A stretch of 63,999 nt of DNA, the filler included, from an uncultured bacterium (GTDB lineage Bacteria; CAYJOG01), in NCBI GenBank assembly GCA_964371695.1. It is 20 parts of 20 records of this genome, joined end to end, with 100 filler letters (N's around TTAATTAATTAA, not from the genome) between each part and the next. Parts side by side here need not be neighbours in the genome. Positions count along the whole stretch, not along the records: positions 19,721 to 22,858 come from CAYJOG010000409.1; positions 22,959 to 26,091 come from CAYJOG010000410.1; positions 26,192 to 29,323 come from CAYJOG010000411.1; positions 29,424 to 32,554 come from CAYJOG010000412.1; 16 more parts are not named here. The stretch is one strand, 5' to 3'. A model generated the notes under the pieces. It did not search any database and was not told the origin of the DNA. It saw only the letters and a list, made by a program, of their open reading frames with translations. Positions 21,563-31,978 of the stretch are shown one piece after another (within the stretch, counting starts at the first letter, position 1; every line of letters starts with the position of its first letter). Position numbers and translations under genes: made by a program.

Positions 21563-22291
21563 TCACTGCGACTTTTCATACAACGGCGCGGGCAGGTGGC
21601 GCAAAAGCACACCCATCAACCACCAGCGGCGGGTGATGTAGGCGATGCGTTTGCGCCGGTGGATGGCCGCCAGCATTTGCCGGGCGGCTTTTTGCGGCGT
21701 GGCCACCCAGAACATGTTTTTCTGGCCTTCGGTCATGGGGGTGTCTACATAACCGGGGCGAATGTCGGTGACAAAAATGGGTTTGCCGGATTTTTTCGCC
21801 TTGGCCCGCAGGGCCTCCAGATAGTTGCTGACATAGGCCTTGCTGGCCCCATAGGCGGGGGTGGCCGCCAGCCCTCTTACGCCCGCGATGGACGACACCC
21901 CCACCAGATGCCCATGCCCCTGGGCCATGAAAAACCGCATGGCCGCCAGCGCCAGGGCCGAGAACCCCTCCACGTTGGTGCGCAGGATGGGTTCGTCCAG
22001 CGCAAAATCCAGGGTCTTGTTCAAACCGGCCACACCGGCGTTGATCACCACCAGGTCCACGTTTTTAAGTGTGCCGAACAACTCCTCCAGCACCAGCACC
22101 GCAGAGGCCGGGTGCGCCACGTCCATCACCCGCACCACACACCCGCCGGGTAACTCGGCGGCGAGTTGCTGAAGTTTTTCTTCGCGCCGCGCCGTCACGG
22201 CCAGTTGCCAGCCCGCCTGCGCCAGTTCCACACACAACGCCCGGCCAATCCCCGAACTGGCCCCAATCACAATGGCTGTTCCGGCAGGCAT
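21563..22291 (-). CDS. Short-chain dehydrogenase/reductase
   Basis: IGASSGIG, NAG, SSIAG, YGASK and PGYVDTPMT motifs. Confidence 0.92.
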   Translation of the reverse strand: MPAGTAIVIGASSGIGRALCVELAQAGWQLAVTARREEKLQQLAAELPGGCVVRVMDVAHPASAVLVLEELFGTLKNVDLVVINAGVAGLNKTLDFALDEPILRTNVEGFSALALAAMRFFMAQGHGHLVGVSSIAGVRGLAATPAYGASKAYVSNYLEALRAKAKKSGKPIFVTDIRPGYVDTPMTEGQKNMFWVATPQKAARQMLAAIHRRKRIAYITRRWWLMGVLLRHLPAPLYEKSQ

Positions 22292-22338
22292 GTCATGAGG
22301 ATACTCGCCGGACAATCCAGAGGCCAAAAATCCCGCAT

Positions 22339-22433
22339 GTGGGCGGTGAGGGCTTCGCCCTTCTTGCTGCGCGTCGTTGCCGGGCATCCTCAGCCGCTCT
22401 CGCCACCTCCGGTTGCAGAAAAACCCCGCCCAC
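22339..22433. other. Intergenic structured element (MITE remnant or small RNA)
   Basis: Closed by GTGGGCGG/CCGCCCAC and containing a GGGC-TTCG-CCC hairpin; no credible ORF. Confidence 0.4.
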
Positions 22434-22660
22434 GGTGCCCCATGTAGGTGATTGGGATGAACACATCGAATCTATGGAAACCGGCGAAAAACCAAGAGGG
22501 CTTGGCATCATTTTGCCATATTATGACAATTGTTATTTTCCGGGATCTAGACGGCTACCTTAAGCCTCTCAAAAAAGGAGTTGTGTGTAAATAAAAAAAT
22601 TGCCCTTGCGAAAAACGTATAAGGAGGTACAATGCGGTATCATATTAGTCAGGAGCCCTC

Positions 22661-22858
22661 ATGTATCAATATAAAGTAATCGAATTAAGAGCTGACCAAA
22701 ATCCCGGTGATCATGAAGAATTAATAAATAATGCCGCCAAAGAAAACTGGGAACTCGTTTCAATTTACACTACATCTGGAACCGATGTGCAGCGCCATCA
22801 AATCCGTGCTGTTTTTAAAAAGGAAGCAGAGGAAGCGCCTGGGGAAGTAAATGTGACC
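22661..22858 (+). CDS. DUF4177-like small protein (3' truncated)
   Basis: MYQYKVI..LIN..AKENWELV..VFKK pattern; SD AGGAG; TTGCGA-16-TACAAT upstream; AT-rich. Confidence 0.72.
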
Positions 22859-22960
22859 NNNNNNNNNNNNNNNNNNNNNNNNNNNNNNNNNNNNNNNNNN
22901 NNTTAATTAATTAANNNNNNNNNNNNNNNNNNNNNNNNNNNNNNNNNNNNNNNNNNNNTT

Positions 22961-23130
22961 TTAGAACCCCTAACAAAACTCCCTCCCTGGAGTTTTGTTA
23001 GCGCCGAACCGGGAAATGAATTCCCGGTTCGAGCGCGAAAACCTGCGGGTCTGTGACCCTCCGGTTTTCGAGGCGGGCCATCCAGGCCCGCAAGAACCCC
23101 TAACAAAAACAATTTTGTTAGGGGTTCTTA
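22961..23130. mobile_element. Complete MITE, family A variant (TIR GAACCCCTAACAAAA, TTA duplication)
   Basis: Perfect TIRs, TTA at 22961-22963 and 23128-23130, and five internal hairpins including CGAAAACC..GGTTTTCG and GCGGGCC-ATCCA-GGCCCGC. Confidence 0.85.
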
Positions 23131-23223
23131 GACGAAGGGGTTTGAAAGAGGACATGGTGAAGAGACACACCGATGGTAGGGGGCTTGCCGTGCTGCTGCC
23201 ACTACCCTGCTAAAGTGTTGCCC

Positions 23224-24117
23224 ATGCGCCTGTGGCCGGTTGTTGCCGCCCTGTTGATGACACTGCTCCATGCCCCGGTGCAGGCCGCCACGCTGGCTCA
23301 GGTGCGGGGCCGCACCGTGCAGGGCGAGGTGCTGGAAACCCAGGGCATGTGGCGGGGCAAACCCCTGGTGCTGGTGTTCTGGTCTGTCGCAGACCCCGCC
23401 AGCGTGCGCCTGCTGAAAGAGTCGCGCCCGGCCCTGGAGCGGGCGGGTTACGCTCCTCTGGGCGTGCATCCTGATCACCCGCTGGCAAAAGTGCAGGAAG
23501 CCCTGCGCACTGTGTTGAGCGGTTGGGACAGCCTGCCCGACACCGGTTTTGCCCTGTCAGGCAAGCTGGGTGTGCGGGGTGTGCCTGCCCTGGCGGCTTA
23601 TTCACCGGCGGGGGGGTGGTTTACGCACCAGGGCGAGCGGGAAGTGCGCCAGTGGCTGAGGCGGCTCTCGGCCCGCTCACCCGACGCACGGGGACAGACC
23701 CAGGTGAGCCTGAACCTGCAAAATCACGACAGGCCGCTGCTGCTTTCCACCTTTGCCGCGATTGTGGAAAGCGCGGCGGGTGTGGAGCTTTTTGAGGTGA
23801 AGGCGGGGCACCGCCGGTTGTTGTTAAAGGGAAAGGTGAGTCACGCTCAGGCCGATGCGCGGCTGGGCCGGGCGCTGGTGCTGATGCAGAACGGCCAGTT
23901 GTGGAGCCTGAACCTGCGGGGCGAAAAAACCCTGCTGGCCTCCACCATCGCGGCATTTTGTCTGCGCGAAAAAGACGGCCTGCTTGGGGTGGTGCGGCGC
24001 GACGGCGCGGTGGCCACCCACTGGCCGGGGGCGGGGCTGGGGCGCTTTGACAACAAGGCCCACGCCACGGGCTGTGGTTTCGCCGCCGATGGCGGCGCGC
24101 TGGTGGTGGTGCAGTAA
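23224..24117 (+). CDS. Exported protein with redoxin/thioredoxin-like N-terminal domain (no CxxC)
   Basis: Signal peptide; RGKPLVLVFWS and LGVRGVPA resemble the TlpA fold, but the cysteines are absent. Confidence 0.55.
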   Translation: MRLWPVVAALLMTLLHAPVQAATLAQVRGRTVQGEVLETQGMWRGKPLVLVFWSVADPASVRLLKESRPALERAGYAPLGVHPDHPLAKVQEALRTVLSGWDSLPDTGFALSGKLGVRGVPALAAYSPAGGWFTHQGEREVRQWLRRLSARSPDARGQTQVSLNLQNHDRPLLLSTFAAIVESAAGVELFEVKAGHRRLLLKGKVSHAQADARLGRALVLMQNGQLWSLNLRGEKTLLASTIAAFCLREKDGLLGVVRRDGAVATHWPGAGLGRFDNKAHATGCGFAADGGALVVVQ

Positions 24118-24146
24118 CAGGTCGTGGAGCGGTTGGTGGTTTTTTG

Positions 24147-24229
24147 GGTAGAACAGGCTTCCAGCCTGTTTCAAACAAATAAGGACAAAAACATTTTTCT
24201 TTCCAAACAGGCAGGATGCCTGTTCTACC
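24147..24229. repeat. GTAG-type REP doublet (REPIN-like)
   Basis: GGTAGAACAGGCTTCCAGCCTGTTT ... AAACAGGCAGGATGCCTGTTCTACC between convergent genes. Confidence 0.8.
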
Positions 24230-24298
24230 AAAGACCACAGGCGGGACACCCGTGACGACTGCCCCACAAAAAAGCAATCGCATATCCGGCCTGAAGCC

Positions 24299-24730
24299 CT
24301 ATCCCGCCGCCTGGGCGGTCTGGCCGTTTTCAGCCAGCCATTTGCCCACGGCCACGTCGGCCCGGCCGATGTGCTCGGTGAGCCAGTGAACCACCAGACC
24401 CTCGATTTCTTCCAGCATCGCCACCGTGGCGCCTTCCCTGAAAAACTGGTTCTGGAGCGCCAGGAATCTTTTCTGGAAATGCTGGTGCTCGGCCACGTGG
24501 TCTTCAACGTGGGGATAACCATTGCTGCGTTGCAGGTTTTCTTCGTCGTAAAAATGCCTGTCCACATAGATTTTCAGAAACCCCATCACCTGGATGGTTT
24601 CGGTTTTGCCCTTGCCTTCACCCACGGCGGCATAAAACCGGTTCACGCGTCGAAACAGCTCCTGATGCTGTTCGTCAATCAGGGGAACCCCCACGGCGAT
24701 GGCGGGTGTCCAGGTGATTTTTTCGCTCAT
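24299..24730 (-). CDS. Bacteriohemerythrin (single domain)
   Basis: IDEQHQEL, RHFYDEE, HVAEH and WLTEHIGRAD iron-ligand pattern. Confidence 0.92.
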   Translation of the reverse strand: MSEKITWTPAIAVGVPLIDEQHQELFRRVNRFYAAVGEGKGKTETIQVMGFLKIYVDRHFYDEENLQRSNGYPHVEDHVAEHQHFQKRFLALQNQFFREGATVAMLEEIEGLVVHWLTEHIGRADVAVGKWLAENGQTAQAAG

Positions 24731-24990
24731 TTTTCGCCTCCGGCGTTAATTTGTTGTTGGGCGAACGGTTTAGTATCAGACCGAATCAGTCGCACCAGAA
24801 CAGGATTTTAAGGAGCTTGATATATGTTTTCAAGAAGATAGTTCGTTCTAGTATGTGCTAATATTTACTACAACGAACTTCCATAAAAGAGTCTCGAAAA
24901 TCGATTTAAGCAACTTGCCGAAATCGTGTTATGCTCCCTGCCCACTGGATGAAAAGTCCAGAAAACCCAAAGAAAAAATAAGGGGGCAAC

Positions 24991-26016
24991 ATGAAAACGC
25001 TCGTCACCGGCGCCACCGGCCTTGTCGGCCATTTTTTGGTGGAGCAACTGCTCGAAGAAGGCGTGGAGGTCAAGGCTTTTTGCCTGCCCCGCGAAGACCG
25101 CCAAAACGTCGAGGGATTCGACATCGAAATCGCCGAAGGCGACCTGCGCGATGAAGCCAGCGTGAAGCGCGCCATGAAGGGCGTGGACCGCGTGTTCCAC
25201 GTGGCCGCCATGGTCAACACCTGGGTGCCGCCCGGCGACCGCATGAACTACCACGTCAACACCCTGGGCACCCGCCACCTGCTCGACGCCGCCTTTCACA
25301 CCGGCAAGGTGAAGCAGTTTGTGTTCACCAGCACCTGCTCGGTGCTGGGGCCGCCGCTGGAGCCGGGCCGCATGACCAACGAGCGGGATTTCTTCATGAT
25401 GTGGAACATCCGTGACCACTACATCCGCTCCAAGGTGGCCGCCATGCAGGAGGTCTTCCGCTATGGCGCCAAGGGCCTGCCCGTGCGGGTGGTGTATCCC
25501 TCCAGCCCCATCGGCCCAGGCGACTTTGTGCCCGGCCCCTGGGGCAAAATGCTGCTGCGCATCCAGCAGGGCAAAATGCCCGTGCTGGTGGACGGCCCCA
25601 ACAACTGGGGGGACGCCCGTGACTGCGCCCGTGGTCACCTGCTGGTGCCCAAAAAAGGCAAAGACGGTGAGGATTACATCATCTGCGGCGAAAACCGCTC
25701 GGTTGAAGAAGCCGTGGGCATCGTGAGCGAGTTTCTGGGCAAAACCCCGCCCAAGCTCAAAATCCCCACCGGCGTGGCCAAAGTGGTGGGCCTGGGCATC
25801 GAGACCCTCTCCAACCAGTGGCTGAAGTTCGAGCCGCCCTTCACCGGCGGTCAGCTCAGCATGGCCGAAAAATACATGCACGGCTTTGACGGCAGCAAGG
25901 CCCAGCGGGAGTTGGGGTACAAACCCCAGCACAGCCTGCAGGACACCCTGCGCGACACCTATTCCTATTTCGAGAACTGGTCCAGCGACCGTATCGAAAA
26001 AGCGGTGGGCATGTAA
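24991..26016 (+). CDS. NAD-dependent epimerase/dehydratase (HpnA/dihydroflavonol reductase-like)
   Basis: TGATGLVG, VFHVAA, FTSTCS, YIRSK, PIGPGD and ELGYKP motifs. Confidence 0.88.
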   Translation: MKTLVTGATGLVGHFLVEQLLEEGVEVKAFCLPREDRQNVEGFDIEIAEGDLRDEASVKRAMKGVDRVFHVAAMVNTWVPPGDRMNYHVNTLGTRHLLDAAFHTGKVKQFVFTSTCSVLGPPLEPGRMTNERDFFMMWNIRDHYIRSKVAAMQEVFRYGAKGLPVRVVYPSSPIGPGDFVPGPWGKMLLRIQQGKMPVLVDGPNNWGDARDCARGHLLVPKKGKDGEDYIICGENRSVEEAVGIVSEFLGKTPPKLKIPTGVAKVVGLGIETLSNQWLKFEPPFTGGQLSMAEKYMHGFDGSKAQRELGYKPQHSLQDTLRDTYSYFENWSSDRIEKAVGM

Positions 26017-26191
26017 AATGCGGAGCAGGCGTGGTGTCCACACCGCGCTGAGCACAAGACGGCGATAGTTTGCGAGGAGTCTTTCCAGATGNNNNNNNNN
26101 NNNNNNNNNNNNNNNNNNNNNNNNNNNNNNNNNNNTTAATTAATTAANNNNNNNNNNNNNNNNNNNNNNNNNNNNNNNNNNNNNNNNNNNN

Positions 26192-26472
26192 GGCGTGCGC
26201 AGGTCCACCAGCGTGAGGGGCACACCGCGCTGGCGGGCCAGGGTCTGAAGCCACTTGAGCGTGTCGGGGGTGGGCGCACCGCCGCGAAACAGCAGTGTTC
26301 CCGGCCCCTGCGCCACCAGATGCACATTGTGGCCCACTGCGGTCATGACCTGTGTCATTTCTGCCGAGGCCGAAACAGGCGCAAGCGCCGTAGCGGCCTG
26401 GGCCGAGGAAAAAACCAGACCACCTGCCAAGCCCATCAGCAGACAAAGCACACGCAAGAAGGCAATATTCAT
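26192..26472 (-). CDS. Exported protein, possibly tyrosine/dual-specificity phosphatase fold (3' truncated)
   Basis: Signal peptide; NVHLV..LFRGGAP..LKWL..VDLR resembles the N-terminus of this family. Confidence 0.5.
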
Positions 26473-26603
26473 AAGGGAATTGTATCCACCATTTTCCGCA
26501 ACCACATTCAGAAAAACAGAACACCGGGTTTTCAAACGGCCCATTCGTTGACACCCCCACCGGGGGGCAATAACATTGCGCCCTCTCCCTTTCGGGACAC
26601 CCT

Positions 26604-28172
26604 ATGGCCACTGTCGAAGAAGTTCATATCCTCCCCGGAGGCGCGTTTCCGCCCGGTCTGTATATCGGCGATGAAGTCAGTGTGCCCGTGGCGGGGCTGC
26701 CCGCCGGCACCCGCATAGACCACATCAAGGCCATTTCGCTCTACAAAAGCGGCCTGGAGAAAGTGCGTGTGGTGATTCGCCCGGGGCGCGAACTGCGCCA
26801 GCCGATTTTCAGCAAAGAGGTCTACGGTTATCTGGCCAAGTTCGATTCCGGCACCCGCCTGTTCACCGAAAAACAGCAGGCCGAGTATGTTTTTTATGAA
26901 CTGGAAAGCGCCACCTATCTGGGCCTGGAAGGCATCAGCAAGGGCTATTACGACAGCACCTTCACCGTGGAACGCACTGCGTTCATGTTGCGCATCCCCA
27001 TCCGCCGCCTCATCGAAAAATCGGGCACGGAATATGGCGGTATTTTTGCAGACTGCCCCTCGTTGCCCATCGACATCATCACCCAGATGTGTCTGGAGCT
27101 GTATGAAATGGACCAGCAGGTGGTGGCCAAGGAAATGGCCATCCGCGAGTGGTCCAAACCCAACGCCCGCCTGCTCAAGATCGTGGGCCAGTTGCACACC
27201 GCCATGATGCCTTTCATGGACGTGGTGAAAGGGGCCCTTGGTCCGCACCTGCTGCAAGACACCATGAAGGCGATGGATCACTTCCTGTCCCGTTATCTGG
27301 ACGGTTTTGAATACGACGAAATGTCGCGCATCCTTTCGGTGGACGGCGAACTGGTGAGCGCCATCGGGCGGGACAATCTGGTGGAGCGTTTTGGCGAACA
27401 GGCCCGCAGTCTGTGGGCTGATCAATTGGGCGGAGGCGACGCCAGCGTGGACGAACTGCTGGCCCTGAGCGAAAAAGCCAGCGCCGAGGCCGCCGCCCTC
27501 ATCGAAGAATCCCAGGAGAAGGAAACCGGCGAACAAACCAGCCTGTCCAAGGTGGAGGAACCCGTGAACGTGCGGGCCATCATGGAGCAGGAAAAATCGC
27601 CCAACGTGGTGGTGACCTTCAAGGACAAGGATCTGATTATTCGTCAGGAAGACGCCACCGAAGAGGTTTACGTCATTCTGGACGGATCCGCCGAGGTGAC
27701 CATCCGTGGGGCCAGCGGCGTGCTGGGCACCCTGGGCAAAAACGACTTTTTCGGCTACATGCAGCCCTTCATCCGCGCCCTGGGCCGACAATATTCTGAG
27801 TTCACGCGCACCGCGTCGGTGCGGGCCACCTCGGCGGTCAAGGCCATCGCCATGACACGCGAAGGCATGAAACTGATGCTGCGCCGCAGGCCGTTTTACG
27901 CCTACAACCTCATCACGCAGATTCAGCGTGATATTGACCGCGCCAGCCGCGAAGTGGTGGCCCGCCGCGCCAAGGATTCCGAACGCAAAGACCTTCTGGA
28001 ACGGGTGCAACTGAACGAAGACGCCGCCAAAAACCTGATGGGGGGTCTCTCGGAGCTGCGCAGCAAGTTTGACAGCCAGAACGAAGACTTTCAGCAGGTG
28101 TTCGCCCCCATTCTGGAAATGGCCGAAAAAGACGCCATTCTGGACAAATATCTGCCCAAGCGGCGGAATTAA
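26604..28172 (+). CDS. Cyclic-nucleotide-binding domain protein
   Basis: IIRQED..VYVILDGSAEV..LGKNDFFG..RTASVRA; possibly a second degenerate cNMP domain N-terminally; helical C-terminus. Confidence 0.8.
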   Translation: MATVEEVHILPGGAFPPGLYIGDEVSVPVAGLPAGTRIDHIKAISLYKSGLEKVRVVIRPGRELRQPIFSKEVYGYLAKFDSGTRLFTEKQQAEYVFYELESATYLGLEGISKGYYDSTFTVERTAFMLRIPIRRLIEKSGTEYGGIFADCPSLPIDIITQMCLELYEMDQQVVAKEMAIREWSKPNARLLKIVGQLHTAMMPFMDVVKGALGPHLLQDTMKAMDHFLSRYLDGFEYDEMSRILSVDGELVSAIGRDNLVERFGEQARSLWADQLGGGDASVDELLALSEKASAEAAALIEESQEKETGEQTSLSKVEEPVNVRAIMEQEKSPNVVVTFKDKDLIIRQEDATEEVYVILDGSAEVTIRGASGVLGTLGKNDFFGYMQPFIRALGRQYSEFTRTASVRATSAVKAIAMTREGMKLMLRRRPFYAYNLITQIQRDIDRASREVVARRAKDSERKDLLERVQLNEDAAKNLMGGLSELRSKFDSQNEDFQQVFAPILEMAEKDAILDKYLPKRRN

Positions 28173-28190
28173 AGGGCCTTCGCTGCCCCC

Positions 28191-28865
28191 ATGTCATCTT
28201 TTGCCTTGGTGCTGGTGGGGGCGGGGTCGGGCTCACGCCTGGGAAGCCGCTTGCCCAAGGCCCTGGTGGAGGTGGCCGGTGCGCCCTTGTATCAGCACAG
28301 CCTGAACACCGCCGCCACCCTGGCGGAACTGGCCCTGGCCGTGGTGGTGTGCCCGCCGGAACATTTGCACACGGTCGGTTTGCAGGCCCGGCTTCATCAC
28401 CCCGCCGCCACGCTCAAGCTGGCCGCTGGGGGCAGCAACCGTTTTCGCAGCGTGGTGGAAGGGGTGAAGGTGGCGGCCCACACCGGCCTGCCGGTGCTGG
28501 TGCATGACGTGGCCCGGCCCCTGGCCTCGGCGGCGCTTTTCCAAGCCCTGCTGGATCGCCTGGAGGGCCAGCAAAACCTGTGCGTTGTTCCCCTGCTACC
28601 GGTGACCGACGCACTGAAACGCGCCGTGGGCGAAACCGTGCTGGACGCCCCCCGGCGGGAGGGTTATTTCCTCACCCAGACCCCCCAGGGGTTGAGCGCG
28701 GATCTAGCCGAAAAACTGGCCGCTGACCAGCATGGGGATTTTTCTGATGAGGCCGCCTGGGCGCTGGGTGTGGGGGGACAGGTGGTGGCCGTGGCGGGTG
28801 AGCGGAACAATTTCAAGATCACCTATCCCGAAGACTTGGCAAGGTTCGAGGGCCTGCAAATATAA
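28191..28865 (+). CDS. ispD: 2-C-methyl-D-erythritol 4-phosphate cytidylyltransferase
   Basis: GAGSGSRLG..PKA, VLVHDVARPL, QTPQG and NFKITYPEDL motifs. Confidence 0.88.
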   Translation: MSSFALVLVGAGSGSRLGSRLPKALVEVAGAPLYQHSLNTAATLAELALAVVVCPPEHLHTVGLQARLHHPAATLKLAAGGSNRFRSVVEGVKVAAHTGLPVLVHDVARPLASAALFQALLDRLEGQQNLCVVPLLPVTDALKRAVGETVLDAPRREGYFLTQTPQGLSADLAEKLAADQHGDFSDEAAWALGVGGQVVAVAGERNNFKITYPEDLARFEGLQI

Positions 28866-29095
28866 ATAAATAGTAAACATTCAGTATTTTTGAATTGTCT
28901 TGTCCAGTTCTACTGCAAATTATATTGTCTTTTATGAACTATTGCGGAACATTGCCGGGTTGGTTAAAAAACAGGCGAATTGGTGAGACGGCAATTGTTT
29001 GGCGATTATTAACGCCTGTCGCCAAAACCCCTTATTTGCAGGCTTAAATAAGCATTTTCTGCATCGAAATTTAAGCCGCGATTAAAGCTTAATCT

Positions 29096-29110
29096 TGGCA
29101 CACGATTTGC
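29096..29110 (+). promoter_or_regulatory. Sigma-54 (-24/-12) promoter
   Basis: TGGCAC-ACGAT-TTGC (GG-N10-GC), about 70 nt before ATG 29178 and downstream of an AT-rich spacer. Confidence 0.65.
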
Positions 29111-29177
29111 GTGTTCTCTGGGGCAGTACCCCAGCACGTTCCAGAAAACTCCCCAGCCGCCACCAAGGAGGTGAGTC

Positions 29178-29323
29178 ATGTTTTCCAATCTGACCATTCG
29201 CACCAAGTTGACCCTGTTTCCCGTTGTGTTTCTGGTGTTTTTTCTGCTGATGGGGGGGGTGGCTTTTGACACGCTTCGCCACGTGGGCCTGGGGGGTGCG
29301 GTGTATCAGGACATTGTGGACGG
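29178..29323 (+). CDS. Methyl-accepting chemotaxis protein/sensor N-terminus (truncated)
   Basis: MFSNLTIRTKL followed by a TM helix and GGAVYQDIV; SD AAGGAGG. Confidence 0.6.
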
Positions 29324-29423
29324 NNNNNNNNNNNNNNNNNNNNNNNNNNNNNNNNNNNNNNNNNNNNTTAATTAATTAANNNNNNNNNNNNNNNNNNNNN
29401 NNNNNNNNNNNNNNNNNNNNNNN

Positions 29424-29952
29424 CAATCAGGCCATGATGGAGCTGGGGGCCACGGTGTGTCTGCCCAAAAACCCGCAGTGCCCCGTGTGCCCCCTCAAAA
29501 AACATTGCCGGGCATTGGCGCAGGGCCGCCAGTTGGCGCTGCCGGTGTCCCGGCCCAAAGCGGCCCGAAAAAAGGTGGAGGTCGCCGTGGGTTTGCTGGT
29601 GCATGGGCAAAAACTGCTCATCACGCGCCGCCCGCCAGAGGGCCTGCTGGGGGGCCTGTGGGAACTGCCCGGCGGCAAGGTGATGGCCGGTGAAACACCT
29701 GCCCAGGCGGTGGTGCGCGAGTTCGCCGAAGAGACGGGCCTTTGTGTAGCGGTCACCGAATCGCTGGGTCTGGTGCGGCACGAATACACGCATATCTCGC
29801 TGAAGCTGCACAGCTTCATGCTGCAAAAAACCGGCGGACGCCTGAGCGCCGAGGCGCGGGCGCGCCACGCTGCCTGGGTGCCGCCGGGGCAACTGGGGGA
29901 CTATGCCTTTCCCACCGCCACCTACAAGGTTTTTCGCAAAGCGGGGTGGTGA
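29424..29952 (+). CDS. mutY: A/G-specific adenine glycosylase C-terminal part with intact Nudix domain (5' truncated)
   Basis: NQAMMELGATVCLPKNPQCPVCPLKKHC Fe-S loop; GLLGGLWELPGG; complete Nudix box. Confidence 0.9.
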
Positions 29953-29968
29953 AAAAGCAAGAGGCAGC

Positions 29969-30005
29969 CATCGTTCCCTCCCCCCTCTGGGGGGAGGGAA
30001 CGATG
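29969..30005. repeat. Near-perfect palindrome between convergent mutY and gltA (REP-like; may act as a bidirectional terminator)
   Basis: CATCGTTCCCTCCCCCC-TCT-GGGGGGAGGGAACGATG. Confidence 0.75.
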
Positions 30006-30041
30006 TTCTCTTTGTTTTTCCCTGCGTTCAACTTCCGCTTT

Positions 30042-31331
<1,290 letters not shown>

Positions 31332-31414
31332 GGGGCTCCTCCGGTGGCGCAGGGCATTTTACACAGAAGTTGCCAGCACAATGTTTTGACGCGCCGGGTC
31401 AATAAACGCCAATT

Positions 31415-31861
31415 TCAGCGCACCGGCATGGCGCGGATTTTGCCGAGCAGTTGCAGCAGCGTGGCCTGGTCTTCGGCGCTCAGCACACGGGCCAGACCCG
31501 ACTTGAGCACCTCCTGGCGTTTGGGATAAAGCATGGCGAAGGCGCTTTCTCCCTGCTCGGTGAGCGTGACAATCACTTCGCGCTCGTTGCTGGGGTTGCG
31601 GGTGCGGGTGACGTAGCCCTTGCCTTCCATGTCCTTGACCAGTTGCGTGATGCTGCCCTTGGTCACCAGCAGTTCCTTGGCAATCTGCCCCATTTTCAGA
31701 CCATTGGTGTTGCCCAGGGCCATGAGGCAGGCGAACATGCTTCGGTTCAGTTCGGTGCCGCGAAAACTCAGGCTTTCCAGGTCCCGCAGTGTGGCTTCGG
31801 CCTGGGAAAGGGTTTTCACCACGTCGGCGGCGTGGATTTCGGGGGCAGGGGAGGGATTCAT
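31415..31861 (-). CDS. MarR-family transcriptional regulator
   Basis: wHTH with GSITQLVKDMEGKGYVTR..NERE..VTLTEQG. Start ATG 31861, 7 nt after TATACT. Confidence 0.88.
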   Translation of the reverse strand: MNPSPAPEIHAADVVKTLSQAEATLRDLESLSFRGTELNRSMFACLMALGNTNGLKMGQIAKELLVTKGSITQLVKDMEGKGYVTRTRNPSNEREVIVTLTEQGESAFAMLYPKRQEVLKSGLARVLSAEDQATLLQLLGKIRAMPVR

Positions 31862-31978
31862 TGAGCACAGTATAGAAAAAATCTGAACGGTTGCCAAAAA
31901 AACTGTTCAGCACGAGAAGCCTTTTAACCCGTAAACCCTCAACAAACCACCCCTGTTTGAACTAAAATCCCAGTGTTT

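Noticed and set aside
22310-22480. 6S RNA on the minus strand
   Set aside because: I could not build the long closing stem and central bubble by eye; kept only as an unassigned structured segment.
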